Positions 40,841 through 50,025 of a DNA stretch of 64,000 nucleotides are shown here, in pieces. Position 1 is the first letter of the stretch. Every line of letters starts with the position of its first letter. The translations under genes and the position numbers were made by a program. The stretch is from contig JBBDYG010000071.1 in the NCBI GenBank assembly GCA_040901765.1, positions 44,645 to 108,644 of the forward strand. Reading direction: 5' to 3'. Below the pieces are notes generated by a model. That model was not told the DNA's origin, searched no databases, and worked only from the letters and a program-made list of their open reading frames with translations. Origin of the DNA: Pirellulales bacterium (GTDB lineage Bacteria > Planctomycetota > Planctomycetia > Pirellulales > Lacipirellulaceae).

Positions 40841-41653
40841 ATGACAGCCATTCTTTCTCGCACGATGTTTTCGCTTTTAGTGGTCGCGGGCCTTTGCTCG
40901 GTGGGTGTCGCCGCCGATGCGGTGACGGATCGGTTGGAGGATTCGCCGCGGCATTATGAGTGGGTCGAGGTGAAAACGCCCGAGGGGCGGACCGTGAAGT
41001 GCTGGGTTGTGTTTCCCGAAGTCAGCGAGCCGGCTACTGCGGTGGTGGTGATCCACGAGAACCGCGGCCTGAACGACTGGGCGCGCAGCGTGACCGATCA
41101 AGTGGCCGAGGCGGGCTATGTGGCCATCGCGCCGGATCTGTTGAGCGGCACCGGACCGGACGGCGGCGGCACCGACTCCTTCGCCAGCGACGACGATGCC
41201 CGCACCGGCATCGGCCGGTTGCCGCCCGAGCAAGTCACCGGCGATCTGACAGCGGTGGTTGCGCATGCGAAGACAATCGAATCGGCCAATGGCAAAGTGG
41301 CGGTGGCCGGCTTCTGCTGGGGCGGCGGCCAAGCCTTCCGCCACGCTTGCAGTGGCGACGAAATCGCCGCGGCCTTCGTTTTCTACGGCAGCGCGCCCGA
41401 TGACGAGACGCTAAAGAAATCGAGCGCCCCCGTCTACGGTTTCTATGGCGGCAACGACTTCCGCATCACCAGCCAGGTGCCCCGCGTCAAGAAAACAATG
41501 GATCAACTGGGCCACGACTACGAACCAATAACCTACGCCGGCGCCGGCCACGGTTTCCTGCGCTCCGGCGAAATGGAAGACGCTAGTGAAGCCGATGTAA
41601 AGGGCCGCGAGGCGGCGTGGAAGCGGTGGAAGGAAATCCTGGCGAAGCTGTAG
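40841..41653 (+). CDS. dienelactone hydrolase family alpha/beta hydrolase (secreted)
   Basis: VVIHENRGLNDWARSVTDQVAEAGYVAIAPDL DLH signature. Signal peptide. GGGAGG RBS. Confidence 0.75.
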   Translation: MTAILSRTMFSLLVVAGLCSVGVAADAVTDRLEDSPRHYEWVEVKTPEGRTVKCWVVFPEVSEPATAVVVIHENRGLNDWARSVTDQVAEAGYVAIAPDLLSGTGPDGGGTDSFASDDDARTGIGRLPPEQVTGDLTAVVAHAKTIESANGKVAVAGFCWGGGQAFRHACSGDEIAAAFVFYGSAPDDETLKKSSAPVYGFYGGNDFRITSQVPRVKKTMDQLGHDYEPITYAGAGHGFLRSGEMEDASEADVKGREAAWKRWKEILAKL

Positions 41654-41671
41654 TTACGCAGAAAGTTGGAG

Positions 41672-41776
41672 CCTCGGATGACAGCCGGATTTATACACGG
41701 ATGTAGGGGAGTTATCCGAAGCCATTCAACTCGCTGTTTGTTTATTAGCGCCGGTTAGCGTTGATTAGCGGCTTCC
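41672..41776. mobile_element. MITE-like element, copy 4 (CGGATG repeats plus TTAGCG x3)
   Basis: cggatgacagccggatttatacacggatg ... ttagcgccggttagcgttgattagcgg. The right end supplies the TAA stop of the GH18 gene. Confidence 0.45.
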
Positions 41777-43150
41777 CCATCGAGCCAGCCACTGCATTCG
41801 TGTGATCCACGAGAGAAGGCCAAGAATCGTTCCGATGCAGATGATGGACGGCTCCGGCACCGCAATGCTAGTTGCTGCGTCGTTGTCGCCGCCCGTCGCT
41901 CTGTCGCGCCAAATCAGATAGTCCGCGGCATCGACGACAGTATTGCCGTTCCCGTCGGCGCGCAGCTCGGTAATCGAGCCGAAAGTGGATCTCCAAACAT
42001 TGTAGTCGCCGATATCCACGTTGCGATCGCCACTATAGTCGCCAAGGAGACTTTGGTTCTTTTCAAACGCGCGGCGCAGCAGCGACCTTTTATTTGGATC
42101 AGGATGCATGGTGTCGGGGTGAACGTCCTGACCCAGCTCCCAAATGATAATGTGCTGTAAGCCATGATCATGCGCAAATTGGACTCGCTGCGCTGCCAGA
42201 TTCGAGCTTGGGATCCAAACCGATTTACCTTGATACATGTAATAATTGCCATCGGTCGTCGTGCCGCCGGTGGCAAGTTCGGAAAACGTATAGGTCGCGT
42301 CGGGACTCATCACCGTGTGGCCATAAAACGGTAAGCCGACGCCGAGTTTCGCCGCGGGGGCGTTATTTCCCCACGTGCCGAATACCCACGGCCGATCATT
42401 CTGCGAGCCGGGCGGCTCGTTCCAGGCCTGGACGGCGTCCTCAACGTATTCGGGCAGTGAATGCTCGCCGTTGTTCGGGTTGCCAGGGTCATTTCCCCAC
42501 CAGCCCAGATCGTAAGTCATTAGCGATAAACCATCGATCGCGTCGGGTCCACTGAAAACGCTGTTATTAATCACGACCGTTGGGTCGACCGTCGCGTACA
42601 CGCGGAGATTGGCGCCGAGTTCTTGCTTGATTCGCGCAAGCATCGCCGGGTAGTGCGAGGTGCGTTGAATGCCGGCGGCCGGATGCTCCCAGTCGATGTC
42701 GACCGAGGTCGCACCGGTTTGATCCAATAGCGACTTAATGTCTTGCGCGAACATCGTTCGCAGGCCAGCGTTACCCGCGACGGTGGCGAAATTTGCCGCC
42801 TCCGCCGCGCCGCCAAGAGTGATGTTCAGCCGAGGCCGCTGGCCTTCCGGTAGTGCCGCGATCGCCGTTTTGATCGTCGCGATTCGATTTAAATGAGTGG
42901 CCATGTTCCCACTGCCGCCGCCGAGCGGGGCGACCGTTCCATTGCTGGCGGCGGTCAGTCCGAAATAGCGCACTTCATCGAGCAACGCCAATTGGGCGGG
43001 AAGGGTGCCCGTATTGTACGAGCTGTTCATTCGATACCACGGAACGTACCCGATTAAATCGGCGGCCGTGGCATACTGCGCGATCGATGCAATGTGAAGC
43101 ACGACAAATAGAGCGATGCATCGGCGTAGAAGTGGGTCTGTCCTAAGCAT
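41765..43150 (-). CDS. glycoside hydrolase family 18 (chitinase-like) with dockerin-like repeats and PEP-CTERM anchor
   Basis: SVDIDWEHP (DxxDxDxE catalytic motif). GDYSGDRNVDIGDYNVWR and VDAADYLIWR dockerin-like repeats. C-terminal VPEPS plus TM plus basic tail. Confidence 0.8.
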   Translation of the reverse strand: MLRTDPLLRRCIALFVVLHIASIAQYATAADLIGYVPWYRMNSSYNTGTLPAQLALLDEVRYFGLTAASNGTVAPLGGGSGNMATHLNRIATIKTAIAALPEGQRPRLNITLGGAAEAANFATVAGNAGLRTMFAQDIKSLLDQTGATSVDIDWEHPAAGIQRTSHYPAMLARIKQELGANLRVYATVDPTVVINNSVFSGPDAIDGLSLMTYDLGWWGNDPGNPNNGEHSLPEYVEDAVQAWNEPPGSQNDRPWVFGTWGNNAPAAKLGVGLPFYGHTVMSPDATYTFSELATGGTTTDGNYYMYQGKSVWIPSSNLAAQRVQFAHDHGLQHIIIWELGQDVHPDTMHPDPNKRSLLRRAFEKNQSLLGDYSGDRNVDIGDYNVWRSTFGSITELRADGNGNTVVDAADYLIWRDRATGGDNDAATSIAVPEPSIICIGTILGLLSWITRMQWLARWGSR

Positions 43151-43379
43151 GTTCTTTAGCAGTTGTGTAGCGTGACATCCGCTTTCAGCGGGCACTGGAG
43201 TTTTTTGTACGTCTTTTAATAAGATACCGATTCCGCGCGAATACTCGCAAGGATTACGCCGCCAAAACGCGGGGACTCGAAGGACACACTGCGGCTGTCA
43301 GGGCCAATGCCCGCCAAATTGTTCAATACCGCATCGGCAGCCTGACTTCATTAAGCCCCGGTCAAATTGGCAAAGAAAA

Positions 43380-43408
43380 GCCGCGCGGCTCCGTCGGAAC
43401 CGCGCGGC
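43380..43408 (-). terminator. intrinsic terminator of PEP-CTERM gene
   Basis: 9-bp stem gccgcgcgg...ccgcgcggc followed on the minus strand by CTTTTCTTTG, about 43 nt after the stop. Confidence 0.5.
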
Positions 43409-43450
43409 CAAATACACGATTACTAATTTCAAGCCACAAACAGTAACGAC

Positions 43451-44140
43451 TTAACGCTTGCGGCGTGCAATGACCCCCAATCCAACGACTGCTAGTCCAA
43501 GAAGCGATAACGTTGCTGGCTCGGGCACCACGAGGCGGACGTTGTCGATATAGACCGTGACCGGCACCTGGGTGTTTTTGCTGATGTAGAACTGGAAGGC
43601 CGTGGCGACGCTCAAATCGTTGGGGCCGCTGCCGAATATATCGTTGAACGACTCGCCGAAACGATACGGACCCTGAGAGAAATCGAGATCGAGCCGGAGG
43701 TCCGTGTGCGTGCCGACTCCAAGAGCTGCGATTGATTGGGTGTCAGCAAATTGGACCTGATTACCGAAACTTGTGCCCCCGATAGGGTTGAGATCATGAC
43801 CGAACACGGTGATGCCGATGTCGGCAAACGTGCCCGCGTAGGCGTCGACGATGGTCATATCGAACAGCACGTGGCTGACGCCAGGCGGGTCGTTGAGATT
43901 GGCGGGTATTACCGTCTCAGTGCGAGCGCCGACGAAACCATCGTTGCCAGCAGCGTACTTCAGCGAACTGTCGCCATGCGTGACTCCAATCGTGGGTTCC
44001 TGCAAAACCGCCGCACCGAGTCCGAAGAATCCATCGATTCCGGCGTCTTCAAACGAATACACGGGCGATTGGGCTTGCACCCCTCTCGCCGACAACAAGA
44101 TCGCGACCGCAGCCGCAACGTACACAAACCCGTTTCTCAT
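43451..44140 (-). CDS. PEP-CTERM sorting domain protein (secreted)
   Basis: C-terminal VVPEPATLSLLGLAVVGLGVIARRKR. Signal peptide from the internal ATG with a GGGAGG RBS. Paralogous to 44191..45153. Confidence 0.75.
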   Translation of the reverse strand: MRNGFVYVAAAVAILLSARGVQAQSPVYSFEDAGIDGFFGLGAAVLQEPTIGVTHGDSSLKYAAGNDGFVGARTETVIPANLNDPPGVSHVLFDMTIVDAYAGTFADIGITVFGHDLNPIGGTSFGNQVQFADTQSIAALGVGTHTDLRLDLDFSQGPYRFGESFNDIFGSGPNDLSVATAFQFYISKNTQVPVTVYIDNVRLVVPEPATLSLLGLAVVGLGVIARRKR

Positions 44141-44190
44141 AAGAACCTCCCCAGATGCAAAAGGACCGAGAAAACAACCATAATCGATCT

Positions 44191-45153
44191 CTAGCGAGCA
44201 AAAGATCGCCAACGCAATCGGGCTGCCCCCAACCCGCAGGCAGCGGCCAATGCCAAAAGCACCCCACTTGGCTCCGGCACTGCGCTGACGCCGCCACCGC
44301 TGCCCGATGTATTTCCGAACCGCGCGCGCCACTCGGTATAGTCGGCGGGACTGACCGTGCCGGGATCGGCAACTTCGTTCAGCAGTGCTCCGCCATCTCG
44401 CCACAACGTGTAGTCCGCCGCATTAACAGCGCCGTCGCCGTTGTAATCGCCCGGAACTCCCGGCGGATTCGTGCCTACGCGAACGTTGTCGAAATAGACT
44501 GTCAGCGGCAAATTGTTGGTCTTGTTCAAAAACAATTGGAAGCCGCTCGGAATGACGTCGTTCGCGCCGCTGCCCGCCTCGCCGAAAATTTCGTTGAAGG
44601 ACTGATTGGCGACGAACGTCAGCGGATGGGTATGAGCGTCCGCGAGATTGATTCGAATGTCGTGGTACGTTCCGGCCGCAAGGCCATCGATGTGTACTTC
44701 GTGCTTGAACTGCGCCTGCAGTCCGAACTGTTGCCCGCCCGGGCGATCGGGCTGCGATGCGCCGAAGATGGTCACTCCCACAACGGCAAAACTGCCCTCA
44801 CCACCGGGAAATTCATCGCCTGGAGCAACGGTCAGGTCTAACAGGACATAGTCGATCCCCGGCGGATCGCCGATGATCTCACCGGTCGGCGTGGGGTTCA
44901 CATCCGTCGAGAGCGTGCCGGCAAATGTGGCACCGGCCACGAGCGAAGTCTTCATCGAATAAGTGCCGAGGGTGACGCCAGTCGTCGTATCGGCCGCAAC
45001 CGTGATGCCGCCCCCATTGGGCCCGAACTGGTCGGGGTTCTCGTCGGTGCCGGATTCGAACGAATATGCTAGCGATTCGACTGCCCGCACTTTGCTCGCG
45101 CTAAATAGCAACCCGAAAGTCGCCGCGAGCAGGAGTACAATAGACGTTGGCAT
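44191..45153 (-). CDS. PEP-CTERM protein with dockerin-like repeats
   Basis: GDYNGDGAVNAADYTLWRDG, SPADYTEWRARFG, and C-terminal AVPEPSGVLLALAAACGLGAARLRWR. Start at 45153 or 45195. Confidence 0.7.
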   Translation of the reverse strand: MPTSIVLLLAATFGLLFSASKVRAVESLAYSFESGTDENPDQFGPNGGGITVAADTTTGVTLGTYSMKTSLVAGATFAGTLSTDVNPTPTGEIIGDPPGIDYVLLDLTVAPGDEFPGGEGSFAVVGVTIFGASQPDRPGGQQFGLQAQFKHEVHIDGLAAGTYHDIRINLADAHTHPLTFVANQSFNEIFGEAGSGANDVIPSGFQLFLNKTNNLPLTVYFDNVRVGTNPPGVPGDYNGDGAVNAADYTLWRDGGALLNEVADPGTVSPADYTEWRARFGNTSGSGGGVSAVPEPSGVLLALAAACGLGAARLRWRSFAR

Positions 45154-45602
45154 CGATGCGATGATGCGGCGCTTGCACAGAAACCTAATTTCCATTTCGT
45201 ACTTTCTTGTCGCGCAGGATTTGCCGCGAGATGTTAATTGTCGAATCGTGCTCATTAGATCGAACTCCGTTTCTGCGACGCCTCGATTGCAAGCGATCCG
45301 CAGTCGATTCGAGTGACTACCCCAAAACCCCAGCCACTATTTATAGCAAGGCATAGAATAAGTGCTACTCAAAAATCATGGAAATTTCTTGACTTACGGG
45401 TTGCGCTGGACGGCGGCAAGCTCGTGGGCTCGGAACTGAACCGATTGTGCAAGTATCTGGCGATGGCCCTATCGCACGTGGTCAACCTGATTGCATGCGG
45501 CGGTCGAGCAATTAGCGGAGAAATCCGTCACAGCGACTCGAACGCCAACGGCCGCTCCACACCAAAGCCCGGGGTCGCCATATGCGGCGCACCCCGGAGT
45601 GC

Positions 45603-46037
45603 TTAGGTTGATTCCGAATCGACGCGTCCAATCTCCTTCCAGTCTTCAAACCCGGCATCGTCGCCCACGTCCACGAAAGCGCCGCAGTGTGGGCACGTCT
45701 CTACAGTTCCCAGGCGCGACGCCGGAAATGTAGAAGCCTTTTTGCATTCCTCGCAAACCACTTCCACAGGCGATCGGTCGCCATCAGCGTCGAGTTTCTC
45801 CGTTTTCTGGCGTTCAAACTCTTCAAGCAATTGTTCGGCTCGTTCAATGTCCGCCCGTTCGATCCACACTTGTGGCTTATGTATCTCCGGCAGAAGTCCA
45901 AACATCCACGCCCCCACTTGCGACACATCCTCGACGGCATGCGCTTCTATCCCGCCGGCTTGCAACATCTCACATAGGAGCGTCGCTTCGAGATTGTTCG
46001 CGGCATTATAAACAGCAACAGGATCGCGTATGGCCAC
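45603..46037 (-). CDS. DUF2007-domain protein with C-terminal zinc-ribbon
   Basis: N-terminal VAVYNAANNLEATLLCEMLQAGGIEAHAV (DUF2007 pattern). CEECKK...CPHCG four-Cys ribbon. Confidence 0.5.
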   Translation of the reverse strand: MAIRDPVAVYNAANNLEATLLCEMLQAGGIEAHAVEDVSQVGAWMFGLLPEIHKPQVWIERADIERAEQLLEEFERQKTEKLDADGDRSPVEVVCEECKKASTFPASRLGTVETCPHCGAFVDVGDDAGFEDWKEIGRVDSEST

Positions 46038-46119
46038 TTTATTATCTCCGGAAGTCGATATTGGCGAACCGCCGACCGCTAGCGGGATTCAAACCATCTG
46101 CAAGACATGGGGGCAATGT

Positions 46120-47475
46120 TTATTCATGCCGCAGGGCTTCGATCGGGTCGAGCATTGCCGCGCGGATGGCGGGGTAGACGCCGAACACGACGCCAATGGC
46201 CACCGAGATTACGAACGCCAGCGGGATCGACCAGGTGACGAGTTGCGGCTCGACTTCCTGAATGAGCTGCGGGAGCTGCGCCATTTGCTCGGGGTAGAAC
46301 TTCTTCAGCCCTTCGCGAAGCCAAATCGAGAGGGGGCGACACAGAAGGCCGCCCGCCACGCCCAGCGCGCCGCCGGCGAGCGACAGCACCACGCTTTCCA
46401 CCAAGAACTGGCTCGTGATGTCGCGCCGCTTTGCGCCGATGGCGCGGCGGATGCCGATCTCGCGGGTCCGCTCCGTGACGGTCGCGAGCATGATGTTCAT
46501 AATGCCGATGCCGCCCACGACGAGCGAAATCGCCGCGATCAGACCCAGGAACAGAATGAACATCAGCCGCGTCGTGCGGGCCTGTTGCAACAGTTCCAGC
46601 GGCACGGTGATCGCGAAATCGTTGAGCGTGTGATAGCGGCTGATCGTCTCCCGCACGAGGTCGGCGACCGCCAGCACGTTCGCTTCCTCGTCGGTCGCAT
46701 CGTCTTCCTTCACGCGGAGGGTGATCTGGCTCACCTCGACGATGTCCCGGCTGAAGCTTCCCGGCTTCTGGGTGACCACTTGATCGCCGATCCGCCACCA
46801 GAGGGTCGTGATCGGAATGTAGATGTCGAGCGAAAAATCCTCGGCCGCCTGCGAACCGCCGATCCCCGCCGACGGCGAGCGGAACCGCATCACGCCGATC
46901 ACTTCGTAGAACATATCTTCGACGAGCACCTTCTGCCCGAGTGGTGTGCCGTATGGAAATAGCTTCTCGGCGACTTCGGACGCGAGTACGCAGTAATTGC
47001 GATTCTCGTCCATGTCGGCATCGCTGAGAAACCGGCTTTTGCGCTCCTCGGTGTCATATTTCGTGTCGAGCGTAAGCTGAGTAACGGAAGCATAATCGGG
47101 CGTCGTGGCGACGATGCGGCCTTGAATGCGGCGCGTCTTGAAGCGGAACTCCCCTTCCAGCACGCGAATCGGCAACGCCACGTCGACTTGCGGAATCGTC
47201 GATACCAGCCGCAGATAATCCGCCCGGGTAAGCCCGTAGCCGCCGTCTTGAAAGTCATCGCTGGTGGGCTTGATCGTCCGCACCAGAATATTGCGGGCAC
47301 CCAGGCTTTCGATCTGCTTCTGCGAAGCGCGGCTGATCCCTTCGCCGATCGCCAGCAGCCAAATCACGCTCGACACGCCAATGAAGATGCCGAGCACCGT
47401 CAGCGCAGACCGCATCGGATGGAGCAGCAGGCTCTTAACGCTCAGTTGCAGGGTGCGTAGCCATTTAGCGAGCAT
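46120..47475 (-). CDS. ABC transporter permease (FtsX/MacB-type)
   Basis: LLHPMRSALTVLGIFIGVSSVIWLLAIG N-terminal TM, a large periplasmic domain, and a C-terminal FtsX-like 3-TM bundle. Confidence 0.8.
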   Translation of the reverse strand: MLAKWLRTLQLSVKSLLLHPMRSALTVLGIFIGVSSVIWLLAIGEGISRASQKQIESLGARNILVRTIKPTSDDFQDGGYGLTRADYLRLVSTIPQVDVALPIRVLEGEFRFKTRRIQGRIVATTPDYASVTQLTLDTKYDTEERKSRFLSDADMDENRNYCVLASEVAEKLFPYGTPLGQKVLVEDMFYEVIGVMRFRSPSAGIGGSQAAEDFSLDIYIPITTLWWRIGDQVVTQKPGSFSRDIVEVSQITLRVKEDDATDEEANVLAVADLVRETISRYHTLNDFAITVPLELLQQARTTRLMFILFLGLIAAISLVVGGIGIMNIMLATVTERTREIGIRRAIGAKRRDITSQFLVESVVLSLAGGALGVAGGLLCRPLSIWLREGLKKFYPEQMAQLPQLIQEVEPQLVTWSIPLAFVISVAIGVVFGVYPAIRAAMLDPIEALRHE

Positions 47476-47548
47476 GGGTTGGAAGCTGAGCCCGCGGCGC
47501 GAGCAAGGGAGCGCGTGTAAACCCTTGCTTGCGCTGCGGGCTACGATG

Positions 47549-48244
47549 CTATCTCCTTTCATCCATCACCACTTGCCCATCTTTGAGCATGATTGTGCGC
47601 TTCGTTCGGTTGGCGACTTCAGGTTCGTGGGTGACCAAAATAATCGTGCGTCCTTCCTCGTTAAGATTCTGAAGCAGATCGAGGATTTCTACGGTCGTTG
47701 CGGAGTCGAGGTTGCCTGTCGGTTCGTCGGCGAGGATGAACCGTGGGTCGTTCACGAGGCTCCGCGCGATGGCGACGCGCTGTTGCTGGCCGCCGGAGAG
47801 TTGCGTCGGGCGATGGTCGAGGCGTTGCCCGAGCCCGACCATTTCCGCAAGCTCGACGCACCGCCGGCGAGCCAAGCGGTTGAGCCGACCACTGTAGTAG
47901 AGCGGCTGCTCGATGTTCTCGACCACCGTCAAATACGACAGCAAGTTGAACGACTGAAATACGAACCCGATCCGCGTGGCGCGGGTCTCGGCCAGTTCGT
48001 CGTCGTTCATCCGGGCCACGTCCCGCCCGCCGAGAATGAACTCGCCCGAAGTCGGCCGATCGAGGCAACCCAGCAGATTGAGCAGCGTGCTCTTGCCCGA
48101 ACCGGAGGGGCCCATAATTGAAACATAATCGCCCTCGGGCAGATCGAATGTCACCCCTTGCAGCGCCCGCACCGTCTCGCCACCGAGATGGTAGTGCTTA
48201 TGCAGCTCGCGGATACTCGCGGCAAGAGTTTCGGTGGCGAACAT
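47549..48244 (-). CDS. ABC transporter ATP-binding protein (MacB/LolD-like)
   Basis: [35 protein letters not shown]. Start at the internal ATG (MFATETL). Confidence 0.85.
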   Translation of the reverse strand: MFATETLAASIRELHKHYHLGGETVRALQGVTFDLPEGDYVSIMGPSGSGKSTLLNLLGCLDRPTSGEFILGGRDVARMNDDELAETRATRIGFVFQSFNLLSYLTVVENIEQPLYYSGRLNRLARRRCVELAEMVGLGQRLDHRPTQLSGGQQQRVAIARSLVNDPRFILADEPTGNLDSATTVEILDLLQNLNEEGRTIILVTHEPEVANRTKRTIMLKDGQVVMDERR

Positions 48245-48279
48245 AGGCGCGTGGGACGGACACTTCTGTCCGGCAACTG

Positions 48280-48370
48280 AATTGAATTGCAAATTGCAAA
48301 ATGGTTATTGCAAATTGAAAATTGACAAACTGGATCTTCAATTTGCAATGTTCGTTTTGCAATTTGCAAT
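48280..48370. repeat. AT-rich palindromic 7-bp-period array (ATTGCAA / TTGCAAT units) between MFP and ATPase genes
   Basis: attgcaaattgcaaaatggttattgcaaattgaaaattgacaa ... caatttgcaatgttcgttttgcaatttgcaat. Under 35% GC in a 62% GC genome. Confidence 0.6.
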
Positions 48371-48422
48371 CACTTGCGTTGACCGCTCGGGCTAATAGAA
48401 ATGTCCGTCTCACGAGGGAGAC

Positions 48423-49982
48423 TCACCCCGCGCCCGCTTCGCTGCTGTTTGTAGCCGCGGCGGGCTTGTCACTTGCCACCGGCTGCTCGGGCAGCTCTAC
48501 GCCGACCGTCACCGTCCGCTGCTTGTCTTCCCGCTTCAGCGCGGGCAGGTCCACTTGGTCGACGAAGCTACGCGGGTTCAGGGCGATGCGGTCCGCTTCG
48601 GTGAGTCCTTCCTCGATCACGAAGAAGCGATCGTTGGTCGGGCCGGTCTTCACGGGCCGCGCTTGGAGCTTGCCGCCTTCCATCACGAAGCAGTAGTGCT
48701 CGTCGCCGTGCGCATAGACCGCTTGAACCGGCACCTGCAGCGCGTCGGGCACGAACTGGCTGCGAATCGTCACCGAGGCGGTCATCCCCGAACGCAACTG
48801 GGAGGCCGGGTCGTCAATTTTCACATAGGCTTCGTACTCTTTCACATTCGCGCGACGCCAACCCGAGGGTTCCGCGTATTGGTTCACTCGCTCGACGGTC
48901 CCTTTCACCACCAGATCGCCTAAGCCGATCGGATTGATCGCCGCCGGCATCCCGGGCTGGACGTGGGTGATCATCGACTCGTTGATATTCAGTTCGACCC
49001 GCATCGACTCTGGGTCGGGGATGCGAATGATCGTCTGCCGCTCGCGCACCAAGGCTCCCTCCTGAACGATGAAGCCACCGTCGCGGGAATCTTCGTCGTC
49101 GTGAGCGTATTTCACGTAGCCTTCGATCGGCGCCGCGATCGTGCATTTGGCAATTTGCTCTTCGATCCCCTTGAGCTTCTGATTCTCGAGGTCGAAGCTG
49201 TTCTGCGCCGCTTCCCATTTTGCCTTCGTAATGCGGACTGTGCTCTCCAGCGTTTTGACCATCTTCGGCTTGGTGTAGTTTTCCAACACCTTGAGCTTCG
49301 TCTGCGCCACGTCGAGGGCCTTCTTCGCCTGTTCCACGGCGAACTGGTCCGCCTCAAGCTGCAACTGATTCACGTAGCCTTTGGCCGCCAGTTTCTTGCT
49401 GTACTCGTAGTATTCCTTCGCCCGGCTCAGCGTCTCTTCGGCGACGAACGCCTCACTCTCGATCGTTTGCCGCTCTTGAATAAACGTGCCGTCCAGATAC
49501 TCGGCATGGGTGATGATCGCGGTCTCATGAAGATTCTGCGCCTCGACGACCAGCGCCTCCGCGTTGTTCTTAAAGATTTCCTGCGTGATCCGTTCTTCTT
49601 GAAGCGCCGAGGAATCGAGCTCGGCGAGAAAATCGCCCTGCTTGACCACCGTTCCCTCGGCAATGATGTTCAGAATTGCTAGGCCCGTCGTGTTCTTTGA
49701 TTTGACTTCCGACTTGACGAGCGTGTCGCCGGCCGATTCGACTTCGCCCCGCTCGGTGATCGACAGCAGAAAATCGTTGCGGCGGGCGTTGTCGAGCAGC
49801 ACTTCGGCGCGGCGATCCGGGCTGCGGCCAATGGTAAACCACCACGTCGCCCCTGCCGCGGCCGTGCCTAGTACCGCCACCGCGGCGAGCATCCCCACGA
49901 GGCCCAAGCCCCGAGCGGCACTGCCCCGAGCGGCTCGCGCTCGGCCGCACTGACGACGATCATACAAATTACTGATGGCCAT
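48423..49982 (-). CDS. HlyD-family periplasmic adaptor (membrane fusion protein)
   Basis: N-terminal TM, long coiled-coil, beta-barrel domain. GGAGGTG RBS before the internal ATG (MAISNLY). Confidence 0.8.
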   Translation of the reverse strand: MAISNLYDRRQCGRARAARGSAARGLGLVGMLAAVAVLGTAAAGATWWFTIGRSPDRRAEVLLDNARRNDFLLSITERGEVESAGDTLVKSEVKSKNTTGLAILNIIAEGTVVKQGDFLAELDSSALQEERITQEIFKNNAEALVVEAQNLHETAIITHAEYLDGTFIQERQTIESEAFVAEETLSRAKEYYEYSKKLAAKGYVNQLQLEADQFAVEQAKKALDVAQTKLKVLENYTKPKMVKTLESTVRITKAKWEAAQNSFDLENQKLKGIEEQIAKCTIAAPIEGYVKYAHDDEDSRDGGFIVQEGALVRERQTIIRIPDPESMRVELNINESMITHVQPGMPAAINPIGLGDLVVKGTVERVNQYAEPSGWRRANVKEYEAYVKIDDPASQLRSGMTASVTIRSQFVPDALQVPVQAVYAHGDEHYCFVMEGGKLQARPVKTGPTNDRFFVIEEGLTEADRIALNPRSFVDQVDLPALKREDKQRTVTVGVELPEQPVASDKPAAATNSSEAGAG

Positions 49983-50025
49983 AGGAGGAACACCTCCGCA
50001 AAGAGCAGCGAGCGGTTCTCCGACC

